Part shown: positions 47,352 to 63,260 of the stretch, in pieces
How the letters are laid out: every line of letters starts with the position of its first letter
Position numbering within the stretch: the first letter of the stretch is position 1
Assembly (NCBI RefSeq): GCF_009914755.1
Contig: NC_060947.1
Source: the human T2T-CHM13v2.0 reference genome, Homo sapiens
Strand: one strand, 5' to 3'
Length of the DNA stretch: 64,000 bases
Translations under genes and position numbers: made by a program
The notes under the pieces: model-generated
Database searches by the model: none
Seen by the model: only the letters and a program-made list of their open reading frames with translations
What the model was told of the DNA's origin: nothing

Positions 47352-48056
47352 TTTCTTTTTCTTTTTTTTTCTTTTGAGACAGGGTCTCACTCTGTCACCT
47401 GTCACGCGCATCCATGTGAAGAGACCACCAAACAGGCTTTGTGTGAGCCTGTGAGCAATAAAGCTTTTTAATCACCTGGGTGCAGGCGGGCTGAGTCCGA
47501 AAAGAGAGTCAGCGAAGGAAGATAGTGGTGGGGCAGTTTTAAAGGATTTGGGTAGGTAACGGAAAATTACAGTCAAAGGGGTTGTTCTCTGGCGGACAGG
47601 GGCGGGGGTCACAAGGTGCTCAGTGGGGGAGCTTCTGAGCCAGGAGAAGAAATTTCACAAGGTAATGTCTGCAGTTAAGGCAGGAACCAGCCATTTTCAC
47701 TTCTTTTGTGATTCTTCAGTTGCTTCAGGCCATCTGGATGTATACGTGCTGGTCACAGGGGATATGATGGCTTAGCTTGGGCTCAGAGGCCTGACATCGC
47801 CCAAGCTGTAGTGCAGTAGTGCATTCTCAGCTCACTGAAACCTCCGCCTCCCAGGTTCAAGTGATTCTCCTGCCTCACCCTCCCAAGTAGCTGGGACTAC
47901 AGGCACACACCACCATGCCTGGCTAATTTTCATATTTTTGGTAGAGACAGGTTTCACCATATTGGCCAGGCTGGTCTTGAACTCCTGACCTCATGATCCA
48001 CCCACCTCAGCCTCCCAAAGTGCTGGGATTACAGGTGTGAGCCACCGCACCCGGCC
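47352..48056 (-). mobile_element. Alu (AluS-like) split by LTR7
   Basis: TSD ATAGCACTTTTT at 47342 and 48058. Confidence 0.92.
47400..47796 (-). mobile_element. HERV-H solo LTR (LTR7 family)
   Basis: Reverse complement begins TGTCAGGCCTCTGAGCCCAAGCTAAGCCATCATATCCCC and ends GGATGCGCGTGACA; 5-bp TSD TCACC/TCGCC. Confidence 0.95.
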
Positions 48057-48769
48057 TATAGCACTTTTTTCTATCAGATAATATGGCATATACTTGCTTA
48101 TGTTATTATTTTCTACCTCCTCAATTACAGCCAATCTCCATGAGGTCAAAGATGTTATCTGTTTTGATCATTGCTCACTCCCCAGTGCCTAGAACAGGGC
48201 CTGGCACACAGAGCATTCTTGGCAAATGCAAACGAATGAATGCGTGGACCTATCTTAGGTTATAGACCCTTTAAGAATTTGATTAAAATATAGACCACTC
48301 TAAATGCACATTTGCCTCCAACCAGTACAACCAATCTATAAATTTGGCTTACGTGGAGCTCAATTTGAAAACTAAAAAATTTGAGAGGTAAGGACTGTAT
48401 TTTTTTTTAAGTGAAAGAGATAATTAAATATAAAGGAATTACCAATTATGTTCAAATAAGCAGAGAATTCAGAATAAATGAGCTTAATATTGCTAGTAGA
48501 TTTTGCAAAGAAGACATAATGACCTTCAAGAATTCAGGTTCTACATACAGGAGGACAGATACTGATGGGCAAGGTATTAAACAGCGTGCAAATAGCTAGT
48601 GATTAGTGTCAGGTTAAAGACTATTTTGTAATAGAGTAAAGGGAAGCTATATGGGCCCCTAAAGATTAAAAAAAGGTGAAATTGTCTTCTCCTCATTGAT
48701 GCAGAAGTTCCTGGCAGAATTAAGAAAGACTAAATCTGAAGGTTTCTTGATATCTGTCCTGAAAATACA

Positions 48770-48982
48770 ATATAATGGTTCAGAGCACAGTCTCTGAAGA
48801 AAGAGCTAATTCTACCACTTACTGTGACTTTAAGAAAATCTGTTAAAATGCTCTACGTCTCAATTTCCTTAGGTGTAAAATGGGTCAATAATAAGGTTGT
48901 TGTGACGAGCTAATATATATTGTAAGATTTGTATGGTAGATGGTACATATAAAGCTGCCAATGCATTTTACTTACTATTATT
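48770..48982 (+). mobile_element. MIR
   Basis: TGGTTCAGAGCACAGTCTCTG...CTCAATTTCCTT..TGTAAAATGGG. Confidence 0.65.
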
Positions 48983-49189
48983 TTCTATGTTCCATAAAGG
49001 TAGTCCCCATGTCTGTTATTGCTTATTATGCTTTGTATAATTGTTCAACATAGTCCCTATCATATAGCTAGCTTATATCATTATGTAATTATTATATGAT
49101 AACGGAATATTTTTAAGGAAATAGAATACTTGACAATAAATGGAAGAAAATAATTAGAACAGTAGCTAGAACCATGGTACAGTAAGTTA

Positions 49190-49940
<751 letters not shown>

Positions 49941-50640
49941 CATACATATTTAAAACATGCATAAGATAGATCTTATAATTGAGCATATTTAATGCAGTAG
50001 GAAAGTTGTTGAAAAAGAAGGCAAGATAGACTTTAGGAAGGAAAAGACAGTGAACAAGACCACAAAATCTTTGAAGCCAGAAGGGACACATCTTCCTCTG
50101 AGACTAAAAGGAGAGATGAAACAGTGGGTATGAAGAGGGAAATGTTGCTTTCAAAAGAAATAGGGAGTTCACAGCAGATTTCCCTTATTCGGGAAAGTCT
50201 GATATCTTGGTCATCTGACTTTTTCCCCTTCAGCTTTTCTTTATTATCTATGGTGCTCCCTGAGGCACCTATCCTATATCCTATTCCATTTGAGTTGCAA
50301 ACTTCTCTTACTTTGCATCAAATTAGAAGACTCAAAACCTGGAAAGCATTTTAAAATAGATTAACTATAATAGGCACTAGAAGAAATATCTTGAGAAAGA
50401 CTTCTTGCTGGCTCTGCACACATTCCAGATCATCTTAATTTGGCACTGCAGGCTACAGAAATCTCTAAAGAGTAAATTTTTATGTACGTAATCTCCCTCC
50501 TAGTTAATATACTGGTCACTGGGCTCAAGCACAATGATAGACCCATTCCAATTTAACATCTCGTAGAGATAGCCTTAAATTCAATCACTTTTCCCCAGTA
50601 CCCATGAAGGTTTCATTTTTAAAAGAATAGTAAGATATTA

Positions 50641-50644
<4 letters not shown>

Positions 50645-50689
<45 letters not shown>

Positions 50690-50691
50690 AC
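50645..50691. repeat. (CA)n microsatellite
   Basis: Direct reading. Confidence 0.95.
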
Positions 50692-50695
50692 CCTC

Positions 50696-51060
50696 GTCTT
50701 AGTCTGTATTGTGCTGCTGTATAACAGAGTATTACAGACTGGGTAATTTATAATAAACAAATGTATTGGCTCATGGTTTTGGAGGCTGGGAAGTCTGAGA
50801 TTGGGGGATTGCATCTGGTGAGGGCCTTCTAGCTATGTTATTCTATAGTGGAAGAACGAAAAGAGGGTGAGAGAGATCAAGAGGAGATGGAACTCCTCAG
50901 TTTGTTAGGAACGCACTCCCATAAGAAAGGCATTAATCCACTCATGAGGGCAGAGCCTTCATGGCCTAATCACCTCTTAAAGGTCCCACCACTTAATACT
51001 ATCGCATTGGGGATTAAGTTTCCAACACATGAAATTGATGAACACAGTTAGGCCATAGTC
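50696..51060 (-). mobile_element. MST/MLT1A-type LTR
   Basis: GTCTTAGTCTGT..GGAGGCTGGGAAGTC..CCTAATCACCTCTTAAAGGTCCCACC. Confidence 0.85.
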
Positions 51061-53923
51061 CCCCTATATGTGCGTTTTTTAACAAGAGCAACTGGAGATA
51101 GCCTTGGGTCACCATATATTCAGTGAAGATTTTTGGCTGCGAGCACTTTACAGGACCGAATTATATTTACTGGAAATCAGAGTGCTTAATTTTCCTTCCT
51201 TCCATTACCAGGGACATTATCTGGGACTACATCCAAATAAGTCTTTTACTAGACACTCAGTTTAATTGGGGTTTCTCAATAATTTTGTTCATTTTTAAAT
51301 GATTGCAAAGTAACCTAAAGGGATCTTACTATGTAAATATAGTAATAGAATGGAAATTGTGGGGTCAAGGATCATGCTTTCCATCAAAAACATTTCTTTT
51401 TATTTGAGCGACATTAAATTATTATCAAGTAGCTAGAAGTGTGGCACTCAACAGTAATCAGTTCATTGACTGGTTGTTCTGGTCATTTCATGTAGCTACA
51501 TTTGTGGAACAAAATTCAGAGGCAAGGGTATTGGAAAGGTAATTAGTGTACTGATTTCATGGTTGTCATTAAGAAACAAATAAATAATATAAACACAATA
51601 GGAAAGAAATTTAAGCAATTTATTTATGGGGCAGATTGAATTCTACATGCTGTTTAATAAAACACATTGGTGCTCTCTTTAAAGGAATGGCAAGTCCCTG
51701 ATTTAGGAAAATTCAGAACAGCAAAACCTGTACTTAAAAACAATAATAAAAATAGGAAGTGGTTATTCACATTTTAAAAGACCCTTTATGTTATCAATGG
51801 ATGACCACCAAATTCTTCTACGCTAACTATTGAGTATGGTTCTAATTTCTAAAAGTCAAACCTCATATTACCTCAACAATTTTGGAATACATTTGTTGTC
51901 CTTCTTCAACAAAGTACATAGAATATGCTGAGAGGTCATGAGATCTCATGGTCTTGAAATAATTACGGGAATATCGCAATTAAGTATAATCCCTCCACCA
52001 GGAAAAGAAGATAATATAGCAAGATGAAAGAGGTTTAATATATTCAATTTCAATTATCTTTGTTAGTGCATAGAAGTAAATACAAAGATTACCCCAAATA
52101 GTTAATAATAAAAGCATATTTTTTCAATTTAAGAATAATGTATATGATCTTTTGCATCAACTATACATGTTTGATTTGACTTGTATAAATATTTCAATAT
52201 TTAAAAATTTCATATGTTTTAGCAAATGAAGAGGAAAAAGATTTTAAGATGTCCTTTTCCACATTTTCTTCCAAATGTAGAAATTCACAATAAGCTATGT
52301 TAACAATTTAAAGACACCAGCCTGGATTTGCCATTTAATATTTTGATTATAATTATTATAAAATATCTTGAGCTATTCCAATCTTCCATTGTTTTGTGGT
52401 CTCAATTTACAGAATTTAGAAAAAATAAAAGTTGGAAAGGAGAAGGTAACAGACTAAATTTCACATATAGGCAGGTAGTGGCATCCTACAGATAAATTCG
52501 ATATCATTTTACCTGCAAAAGTATTATTTAATGTCCTAGTACTATTACCTTAAAACGATCAGTCAAAGCCAAGATAACAGTGCCTGATCTCTGTTATTAC
52601 ACAGGCACACTTCATTTTATCGCATTTCACTTTATTGCATTTTGCAGATACTGTGTGTTTTTTCTTTAATTTTGGTTGGTACATAATAGGTGTATATATT
52701 CATGGGGTATATGAGATATTTTGATACAGGGATACGAAGTGTAATAATTACATCAGGATAAATGGGGTAGCCATCATCTCAAACATTTATCCTTTCTTTA
52801 TGTTACAAACAATCCAATTATAATATTTTAGTTATTTTTAAATGCACAATAAATTATTGTTGATTGTAGTCACCCTATTGCGTTATCAAATACTAGATCT
52901 TATTCTACCTAATTATATTTTCGTACACATTAACCATCCCCATTTCTCCCCCACACTCCCACTACCATCCCCAGGCTCTGGTAATGATGTTTCTATTCTC
53001 TATTTCAACGAGTTCAATTGTTTTAATGTTTAGCTCCAACAGATAAGTGAGAACATGTGATCTTTGTCTTTCTGTGCCTGTCTTATTTCACAACAAAATA
53101 ACTTCCAGTTCCATCCATATTGTGGCAAATGGCAGGATCTCATTCTTTTTTATGGCTAAATAGTACTCCATTGTGTATATGTAACACATTGTCTTTATCC
53201 ATTCATCAGTTGACAGACACTTAGGTTGCTTCCAGATCTGACCTAATGTGAATAGTGCTGCAGCAAACATGGCAATGCAGATATCTTCTCAATATACTGA
53301 CTTCCTTTCTTTTGAGTATATACCTAGCAGTGGGATTGCTGAATTATATGGTAGCTTTATTTTTGGGCTTTGAGGAACCTCCAAACTGTTCTTCATAGTG
53401 GTTGTACTAACTTACATGTCCAATGAGAGCGTGCAAGGGTTCACTTTACTCCACACCTTTGCCAGCATTTTTTTGCCTGTTTTTTGGATAGAAGCCATTT
53501 TAACTGGGGTGAGATAATGTCTCATTGCAGTTTGGATTTGCAGTTCTCTGATAATTAATAATATATAGTACCTTTTCCTATACCTGTTTTCCATTTGTAT
53601 ATCTTTTGAAAAATGTCTATTCAGATCTTTTGCCCATTTTAAATTGGATTATTAGATTTTTTTCTATAGAGTTGTTTGACTTCCTTATATCTTCTGGTTA
53701 TTAATCCCTTCTCAGAGAGGTAGTTTGCAAATATTTTCTCCCATTCCATGAGTTGTCTCTTCACTTTGTTGACTGTTTCCCTTGCTGTGCAGAAGCTTTT
53801 TAACTTGACGTGACCCCGTTTGTCCACTTTTGCTTTAGTTGCCTGTGCTTGTGGGCTATTGCTCAAGTCCAATGTCCTGGGGAGGTTTTTCCAATGTTTT
53901 ATTTTAGTAGATTCCCAGGTTGA

Positions 53924-54256
<333 letters not shown>

Positions 54257-54475
54257 TTAAGTTTTTTTTTAAAGCAATTTTGACTTGATTTTTGTACACA
54301 GTGAGAGACAAAAGACTATTTTCATTCTTCTGCATATGGACCAGTTTTCCCAGCACCATTTATTGAGGAGACCATCTTTTCCCCAGTGTATGTTCTTGGC
54401 ACTGTTGTCAAAAATGAATTCATTGTAGATGCATGGGTTTATTTTCTTAGTTCTCTATTGGTTCCCTTGGTCTAT

Positions 54476-54940
54476 TATCAGGGGAAACAGCCCCCAATAT
54501 TTCAATGTAGGTTCTTTATATTTTCCCTAAGTGTCGGCTGGTCTGAGAAATAAACAGAAAGAGTACAAAGAGAGAAATTTTACAGCTGGGCCTCCAGGGG
54601 TGTCATCACATATTGGTAGGACCATGATGGCGACTCCGAGCCACAAAACCAGCAAGTTTTTATTAGGGATTTTAAAAGGGGAGGGGGTGTACGAACAGGG
54701 AGTAGATCACAAGGATCACATGCTTCAAAGGGCTATAAAGATCACAAGGCAAAGGCAAGATTAGAATGACTGATGAATGTCTGTGTCCCGCTGTGCACGC
54801 ATTGTCTTGATAAACATCTTAACAGGAAACAGGGTTCCAGAGCAGACAACCAGTCTGACTAGAATTTTCCAGGCTGGAATTTCCTAATCCTAGTAAGCCT
54901 GAGGGTACTGCAGGAGACCAGGGCGTATTTCAGTCCTTAT
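54476..54940 (-). mobile_element. MER11-type (HERV-K11/HML8) LTR, partial
   Basis: CAGCCCCCAATATTTCAATGTAGGTTC..CCCTAAGTGTCGGCTGGTCTGAGAAATAAA; truncated at about 465 bp. Confidence 0.8.
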
Positions 54941-56551
54941 AGACTCTGCCTATTACCCTGTCCTACTGTAGCTGAGCTAGTATCCAAGTTGCAAGACAAA
55001 GTCCTCTTTCCTCTTTCCTCTCTTCTCCTTCTGCAGAGGGAAAGTGTCTCTCCTAGAGCTGTGAGCTGCGCTGCCTGGGGTTGGGAAGGGGTGACACAAG
55101 CACTCTCTTGGCCTCTCTAGCACGTGTCTCACTAGGTCATGTGCACCCCAAATTCACTGGCTTTCAGCCCAGCATAGCACCAGGACTTACCTAGGAATTG
55201 CAGTCATTGTGGCCTAGACTGTTGGTATGGAGGATTCACCTCGACTAGGGCTGGTCTAAATGCCTTCTCTGTGGATGCTGGCTGAATTCTGCCCCATGCG
55301 GCTTTCCACTGTGACAGGGCAGCACTGAGTTCCAATGCAAAGCCTCACAATCACTGAGCTCTCCCTCCTCCAAGCACACAGATTATTTTTCTGCACCACA
55401 CAGTCACTGCCAGGGATGAGGGAGGGGTGGCGTAAGTGCTGCAAGATTGTCTTCCCTATGCTTTTCAGTGCCTCTGTCTTTAATATGATGTTAAGACCTG
55501 GTACTGTGATCGCTCACCTGATTTTTGGTTCTTATGGAGGTGCTCTTTTCTGTGTGGATAGTTGTTCAATTTGGTGTTGCTGTGGGGGCAGGGGAGGATG
55601 ATTACTGAACTGCAGATACTACATTTTTTTTACAAATTGAAGGTTTGTGGCAAGCCTATGTTGAGCAAGTCTATTGGTACCCTTTCTCCAACAGCATGTA
55701 CTCACTTCATATCTTTGTGTCACATTGTGGTACTTATCACAACATTTTAAACCTTTTCATCATCATTATATCTGTTATGACGATCTGTGATCAGTTATCT
55801 TTAATTTTACTATCGTAATTGTTTTGGGGTATCATGAACCACACCCATATATGTTGGTGAACTTTATTGATGAATGATGAATGTTGTGTGTGTTCTGACT
55901 GTGCCACTGATCAGCTATTGCCCTGTCTCTCTCCCTCTCCTTGGGCCTTCATATCCCTTAAACAATATTGAAATTAGGCCTATTAATAACCCTCCAATAG
56001 CTTCCGAGTGTTCGAGTGGAAGGAAGAGTTACATGTGTCTCACTTTAAATCAAAAGCTAGACATCATTAAGCTTAGTGGGGAAGGCATGCCAAAAGCTGA
56101 AATAGGCTGAAGTCTAGGTCTTTTACACGAAACATGTGGCCAAGTTGTAAATGCAAATGAAAGTCCTTGAAGGAAATTAAAAGTGCCACTCTAGTGAAAA
56201 TATGAATGATAAGAAAGTAAAACAGCCTTATTGATAATATGGAGAAAGTTTTAGTGGTCTGGATAGAAGATCAAACCAGCCACAACATTCCCTGAGGCCA
56301 AAGACTAATTTATAGCAAGATTCTAACCCTCTTTAACCCCATGCAGGCTGAGAGGTAAGGAAGCTACAGAAGAAAAGTTTAAGACTAGCAGAAGTTGGTT
56401 CATGAGTTTAAAGAAACAAAGTCATCTCCGTAACATAAAGGTACAAAGTAAAGCAGCAAGTGCTGATGGAGAAGCTGCAGCAAATTATCCAGAAGATCTA
56501 GCTAAGACAATTGATGAAAGTGGCTATATTAAACAATAGGTTTTGAATGTA

Positions 56552-56967
56552 GAGTTGACCCTTGATCAACACATGCTTGAATTATGCAGATACATTTATA
56601 TGTGGATTTTCTTCCTCCTCTGCCACCCCTGAGATAGCAAGAGCCACTCCTCTTCGGCCTCCTTAATGTGAAGATGATAAGAATGAAGACCTTTATGATG
56701 ATCCACTCCCACTTAATAAATAGTAAATATATTTTATCTTTCTTATAATTTTAACATTTTCTTTAGCTTATTTTATTGTAAGAATGCTGTATACAATGCA
56801 TACACCATACAAAATATGTGTTAATTAACTGCTCATGACACCAGTAAGGCTTCCAGCCAACACTAGGCAATTAGAGTTAAGCTTTCAGGAAATCAAAAGT
56901 TATATGTGAATTTTTGACTGCCTGGGGTGTTAGTGCCCCAACTGCCACATTGTTTAGAGGTCAACTA
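56552..56967 (+). mobile_element. Tigger2a (MER28) inside Tigger1
   Basis: TIRs AGTTGACCCTTGA / GAGGTCAACT with TA flanks. Confidence 0.88.
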
Positions 56968-59564
56968 TATTAACTACCCTTCTACTAGAAGAAGATGCCA
57001 TCTAAGACTTTCGTAACTAGAGAGAAGGAGTCAGTGCCTGGGTTCAAAGTTTCAAAGGAGAGGCTGTCTCTATTGTTAGGAGTGAATGCAACTGGTGACT
57101 TTAAGTTGAAGCCAATGCTCATTTGCCATCTTGAAAATGCAAGGACCTTTAAGAAATATGCTAATTCTACTCTGCATATGCTCTCTAAATAGAACAACAA
57201 AGCCTGAATGACAGCATATCTGTTCGCAGTATGATTTAGGGAATAGTTTAAGCCCACTGTTGAGAACTACTGCTCAGAAAAAAAGATTCCTTTCAAAATA
57301 TTGCTGCTTATTGGCAATGTACCTGGTCACCCAAGAGCATGGATAAAAACATACAAAGAAATTTATGTTGTTTTCATGTCTGCCAACACAACATCCATTC
57401 TGTAACCCATGGATCAAGGAATAATTGTGACTTTCAAATCTTATTATTTAAGAAATACATTTTAAAGGGCTATAACTGCCCTATATAGTGATTTTGCTGA
57501 CGGATTTAGGCAAAGGAAATTGAAAACCTTCTGGAAAGGATTTATCATTCTAGATGCCATTAAGAATATCTGTGATTTATGGGAAGAGCTCAAAATATCA
57601 ACATTAACAGGCATTTGGAAAAAAGTTGATTCCAACTCTCATGAATGAATTTGAGGGGTTCAAGACTTTCTTGAGATGAAATCTACTTCTGGTGAAGATG
57701 CTGTGAACATCGTTCAAATGAAAGCAAAGGATTTAGAACATTCTATAAACTTAGTGGATAAAGCATTAGGAGCAGAAGATTGACTCCAATTTTGAGACAA
57801 GTTCTACTGTGTGTAAAATGTTATCAAGCAGCATCACTGCCTACAGATAAATCTTTCATGAAAGGAGGAGCCAATCTGTGTGACAAACTTCACTGTGGTC
57901 TTATATTCAGAAATTGCCACAGCCACCCCAGCTTTCAGCAACCACCACCCTGATCAGTTGGTGGCTATTGACACTGAGGCAAGAAACTCCATGAGCAAAA
58001 AGATTATGACTCATTGAAAACTCAGACAATTATTATCATTTTTAGGCAATAAAGTATTTTAAATTAAGGTATGTACATTGTTTTTAGATATAATGCTATC
58101 ACACACTTAATAGACGACAGTATATTATAAACATAACTTTAACATGCATCAGGAGACCGAAAAATTCATGTGACTCACTTTATTGCAATACTTGCTTTAT
58201 TGCAGTTGTCAAGAACTGAACCTGAAATATTTCTGAGGCATGCTTGTAATTCCTGTTGAAAGGCACCAGATATTTGAAATCATTGAAAGACAGTGATGCT
58301 AGACTAGAATGCCTGTGGTAACACTTAAGAAAAATGACAGAATTGCCTAAGTGATTGTATTGCCAGAGATTTTAAATCTGTAATTAGGGTTATAGAATAT
58401 TTTCATATTTCCACTCAGGCATTTTTTCTTCTACTCCAGCACCTAAAAATCTAAGAGATGAGTAAGAAACAAACAATAACACATGAGATAGTCTATTACA
58501 GTCTATACGTCTATGGCAATTATTTTCTTGTAAAAGTTACAAGCTCTGTAAGGATATCCACAAATAGGTAAACACTGGCATCATGGAAATCTAGCAACGT
58601 TTGAGAATAGATGTTAATAGCTATGGAAACTTACTCAACGCATGATATGGGAGAAAGTAAGAGCTTTATACTCAGGCAATTCTGGTTCCATCATTTATAA
58701 ATAGTAGGGCTATGATAATTAGCATTAATCGAGTACCTATGGTGTTTTAGAACAGTTACGTGAAAGCTGTGAGTCTTAGATTCCTCATCTGCAAAAGACA
58801 GGAAATACTCTTATCTTTGTTGTGAACGTGCTTACATTAAGTACCTCACACATGATAGAGCTCACTAAAGTTCCTTTTCTTCTCCTTTTGGCTAGAAAAT
58901 ATTTAACAGCTTACCAATACATGTTCGTTTATTCTAGCCACAGATTTTATGTAAAATGATATTCTTATAATTCAGAATAAGTACATTTAATTTTGGCATA
59001 GGAGGCTAGACCCCTTATTTCCTTCTTTCCTTCCTTCTTCTTTTCTCTCTTTATATTTATTATTCCCACGATATATCTAGATCTCCTTAAATCATAGCAA
59101 AAAAAGTATAACAAACTTTCCTATACATAGCTATAGATTCTCCTAAGCAATGTGATTTGCCTTCACATTAGTTCATTTAAGTACCTGCCATGTAACAAGT
59201 ACTATGCCAGCTCATGAGGATGGAAAACTGAACTGAGATTTATGCCTTCAAGAAGTTTAGGGCTCAGTGACAGAGTCAAGAAATCATCTACCACAACACA
59301 CTGTGATAAGAGGCTTAGGATTATGCACAACACGTAAAGGAAGCAGGGTATGAGGAGGAGTATGGGGTGATAATGAATGTCTAATGACATGAGGAAGAGT
59401 GTTCAAATAAGTCTTTTTAAATGAAGGAGACTTGAGATAAGTTTAACCAAATGAGTATCAGTAAGTTAAATCAAGAAGAGGAAAAGAGACAGTTGAGGAA
59501 GTTTGAACAGCATTTGTGAAAGTATGGGAGTGTGAAGCAACAAGATGCTTCTTCCAGAAAGACT

Positions 59565-60127
59565 ACTATGGAAGATGGTATTTTTAAAAATACCTGCCAC
59601 AGTGTTTCCACACCCACATGCTTTTCAGAACTTTACCATTCCTTCATTCATGAGAGGTGCAGTCTGTGTTCTCTCCTGTTGAATCCAAGCAGGCTTTAAC
59701 GACTGTCTCATTAATAAAGAATGGCAGACCTGACACTATGTGACTTCTGAGGCTAGATCATGAAAAGTGACACAGCTTACTCCATTTCCCCTTTGAAACA
59801 TGTTTTCAGAGTCCTGAACCACCATGTAAGAAGATCAGCCTACTTAAAGCTTCTGTGATGAAGCAAACACATAGAAATGGCAGAGAGGAATGAGGAGCCC
59901 ATTGTTCCAGCTCCCAGCTGCTCAGGACTTCCAAGCCCCAACGTGTGAGTGATATCTCACCATAGGCACTGAAATAACTGAAACTTCTTGCAAAATCCTG
60001 AATGAGAACTACCTAGCTGCGGCAGCTCATACTCAGAGCCATGAGAGGTAATAATATTAAATGCCTGCAATTGCTTTAAACTCCTGTTTTGGGATGGTTT
60101 ATTATTTAGCGGTAGGTAACTAATGCA
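59565..60127 (+). mobile_element. MLT1 LTR
   Basis: GACACTATGTGACTTCTGAGGCTAGATCATGAAAAG...GTAGGTAACTAATGCA. Confidence 0.7.
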
Positions 60128-60139
60128 ACTTCCTTGACT

Positions 60140-60330
60140 GTCTTCTCCTCCTGTGTATGGATTAGGAATGTTTTCTATCCATCTATTTATTTGACAAGAT
60201 CCTTTACTAGTCTGTAACTTCTGGGATAGCAGGTCCCGGGCCTATCGTGATCACTGTTGCCTAGCGCAGTGCCTGGCACATGGTATGTATTCAATATATC
60301 ACTATGTAATTAAGGCATAAATAAATGGAG
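60140..60330 (+). mobile_element. L2 fragment
   Basis: GCCTAGCGCAGTGCCTGGCACATGGTA. Confidence 0.55.
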
Positions 60331-61371
60331 TAGCTTTGCATGTTTAGAGAGTGAAAGGGGTGGGAACAATGGGAGATGAGCCTATTTAAGAGACAGATCA
60401 TGAGCATCATTATGTACTAAGCTAAAACATTTTACTTTTTTGAAAGTTATAGGAACTCGTGAAAGGAGAATTTAAAGAGTAGAGTGACATAATCAGACTT
60501 ACACTTAGAAAGATCACAGCAGTAATGGTATGGAGGATAGAATAAGATCAGAATAAGGAATACAAATAGGCTATATGGGGAAGGGCTGGTTTAAGCATAT
60601 TTTGAGATATTAAAAATAAAAGGTAGATACTAGAATATCAAGAATATAAAATTTACATAATATATTTAATGGCAACTTTCTGCCACATGGGCTTTCATTT
60701 ATACTAAAAAAATTAATTATGTCTCTTACATATGCCCCTTTAGGGCAATTTTTTAAAGTTTCTTTATTTGATTTTGCATTGTCTTCATAATTACTGATCA
60801 TTTCTAACAGGCAGAAATCAGTCCCAAATAGTACCATATCCCAGAGATAAGTAAGTGTGCCTTATGTATTAATTTCTTGTGATCTCAAACAGTTAATAGA
60901 TTTGAGCTAAGTCACCATGCTAATCATTTGGGAAATGAATTTCTTAGCTACTCATATGTCCTCTAAACTTCGACATCCTCTTTCTTTGGAAAATATGTTC
61001 TCCAACCAAGTTAGTTATTATTATTATTAGCAACCTTGAATCTTCAATATTAAATGAGTACCTGTTTTCTACTAGACCCATTAACCATGAAATACTAGCT
61101 ACTGTGCCATATTTCCAGTTGCTTTGAATGGTCAGTTCCATGGGATGAGTATGTGTGGGGTTAGATGAGATGTGGGGAGTGGAAAGGAAGATGAGATCAT
61201 GGTAATCTTTGGAAAAGAATAATCCTTGAGCAGAGAAAGACCAAAAGTCCCTAAAAGGAAGAAGGAGTAAGATTCCAGTACTAAAATTAAGATCAATGGA
61301 CCTAAGAACAAGAGTAGATTCAAGGATCAATCCGCAGAACTAGAGGGATGTGGGAAACATGGCTGGTATCT

Positions 61372-61995
<624 letters not shown>

Positions 61996-62825
61996 AATTT
62001 CTTGCCATTCTCCATTGGCCAGTCCCCTATGTGTCATATCAGAGAGGAGTTCCTGGTGTAGGTATGTTTTTCACGTTTTGTGTCTGTGGCTAAGTAGTGG
62101 CTGCTCACCACCTTATACACATGTAAATCCTGGAGCACAGATGAAATTCTTTCAGTACTTTTGCTTGACCTTGTAACACTGGCAGGTTCTACATGCCTAT
62201 ACAACTAAGAAGGTATCTCAAATCTCCTGATTTACCTGAACCATTGTGGTGAGCACTGGGGGAAGTTCACAAAACAGAATTGGCAAGTAGGAATAAACTT
62301 GTATTGTGTATGTAATTCTTAAGGTTTCAAAATTGTCATGCTAACACATCTGTGGCATTTAATAGTTTATTAAAATTTCATTTATTTTTTTCTTACCTGC
62401 TTTAATGCCTCTTCCTTCTATATTCTGACAAAGGTAAAACAACTCCAGTGTCCCTAAATTTCCTCAGAAGGGCTTTGGAATTCAGTTATTGTCTTGCAAC
62501 TTCAGCTTTCCAAGGGGCTTAAAAATTTTTAATTTTCCAATTATCCATATTTTCTCATGTTAAAATAGGATCAATATTCTTTCATGGATTTCTGAAAAAT
62601 CTATGAAAATCCAAAGCTGAAGCAGAAATGTTAATGTTTCTTCATTATAAAGAAACTGAACACATCTCCCTAACTAAGAGTTATAGGAATTGAATACTAA
62701 GGACAGTTGATGAAAATTGTTAACTGGAAAGGATGGATCTGCATAGGCATATGATAACTTCTGCCTGAGAAAAATTCTGAAAAGCAAGTGCTTTCCCCAG
62801 GCAGTAATCAGGAATATATCCCTTT

Positions 62826-63260
62826 GATATAGTTTGGATATTTGTCCCTGCCTAAATTTCATGTTGAATTGTAATCCACAGTGTTGGAGGTGGGGCCTGC
62901 TGGGAGGTGTTTGGATCGTGGGAATGGATCCCTCATGAATAGCCTGGGTCATCCCCTTGGTGATAAGTAAGCTCTCGCTCTGAGTTCACGTGAAATCTGG
63001 TCTTTTAAAAGTGTGTGGCACCTCTTCCTCCACCTCCACTCTCTCTCGCTTACTCCTCCTCTGGCCATGTGATGTGCCTGCTCCCCCTTTGCCTTCTGCC
63101 ATGATTGTAAGCTTCCTGAGGCCTCCCCAGAAGCCAAGCAGATGTCAGCACCGTGCTTCCAATAAAGCCTGCAGAACCATGAGCCAATTAAACCTTTTTT
63201 CTTTAAAAATTGCTCAGTCTCAGGCATTACTTTACAGCAATGCAAGAACAGCCTGATACA
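62826..63260 (+). mobile_element. MSTB-type LTR
   Basis: TGATATAGTTTGGATATTTGTCCC...CAGCCTGATACA. Confidence 0.88.

Larger units (their letters stand above)
47110..48245 (+). mobile_element. L2 3' region hosting an Alu that itself contains LTR7
   Basis: CCCAGTGCCTAGAACAGGGCCTGGCACACAG..GAATGAATG end. Confidence 0.7.

Noticed and set aside
51938-51951. 14-bp palindrome CATGAGATCTCATG
   Set aside because: A few palindromes of this length are expected by chance in 64 kb.
55874-57257. Transposase ORFs as a domesticated TIGD-like gene
   Set aside because: Multiple stops, frameshifts and a Tigger2a insertion; it is a decayed Tigger1.
60944-61330. 128-aa ORF
   Set aside because: Non-ATG start, no recognisable domain, length compatible with chance.
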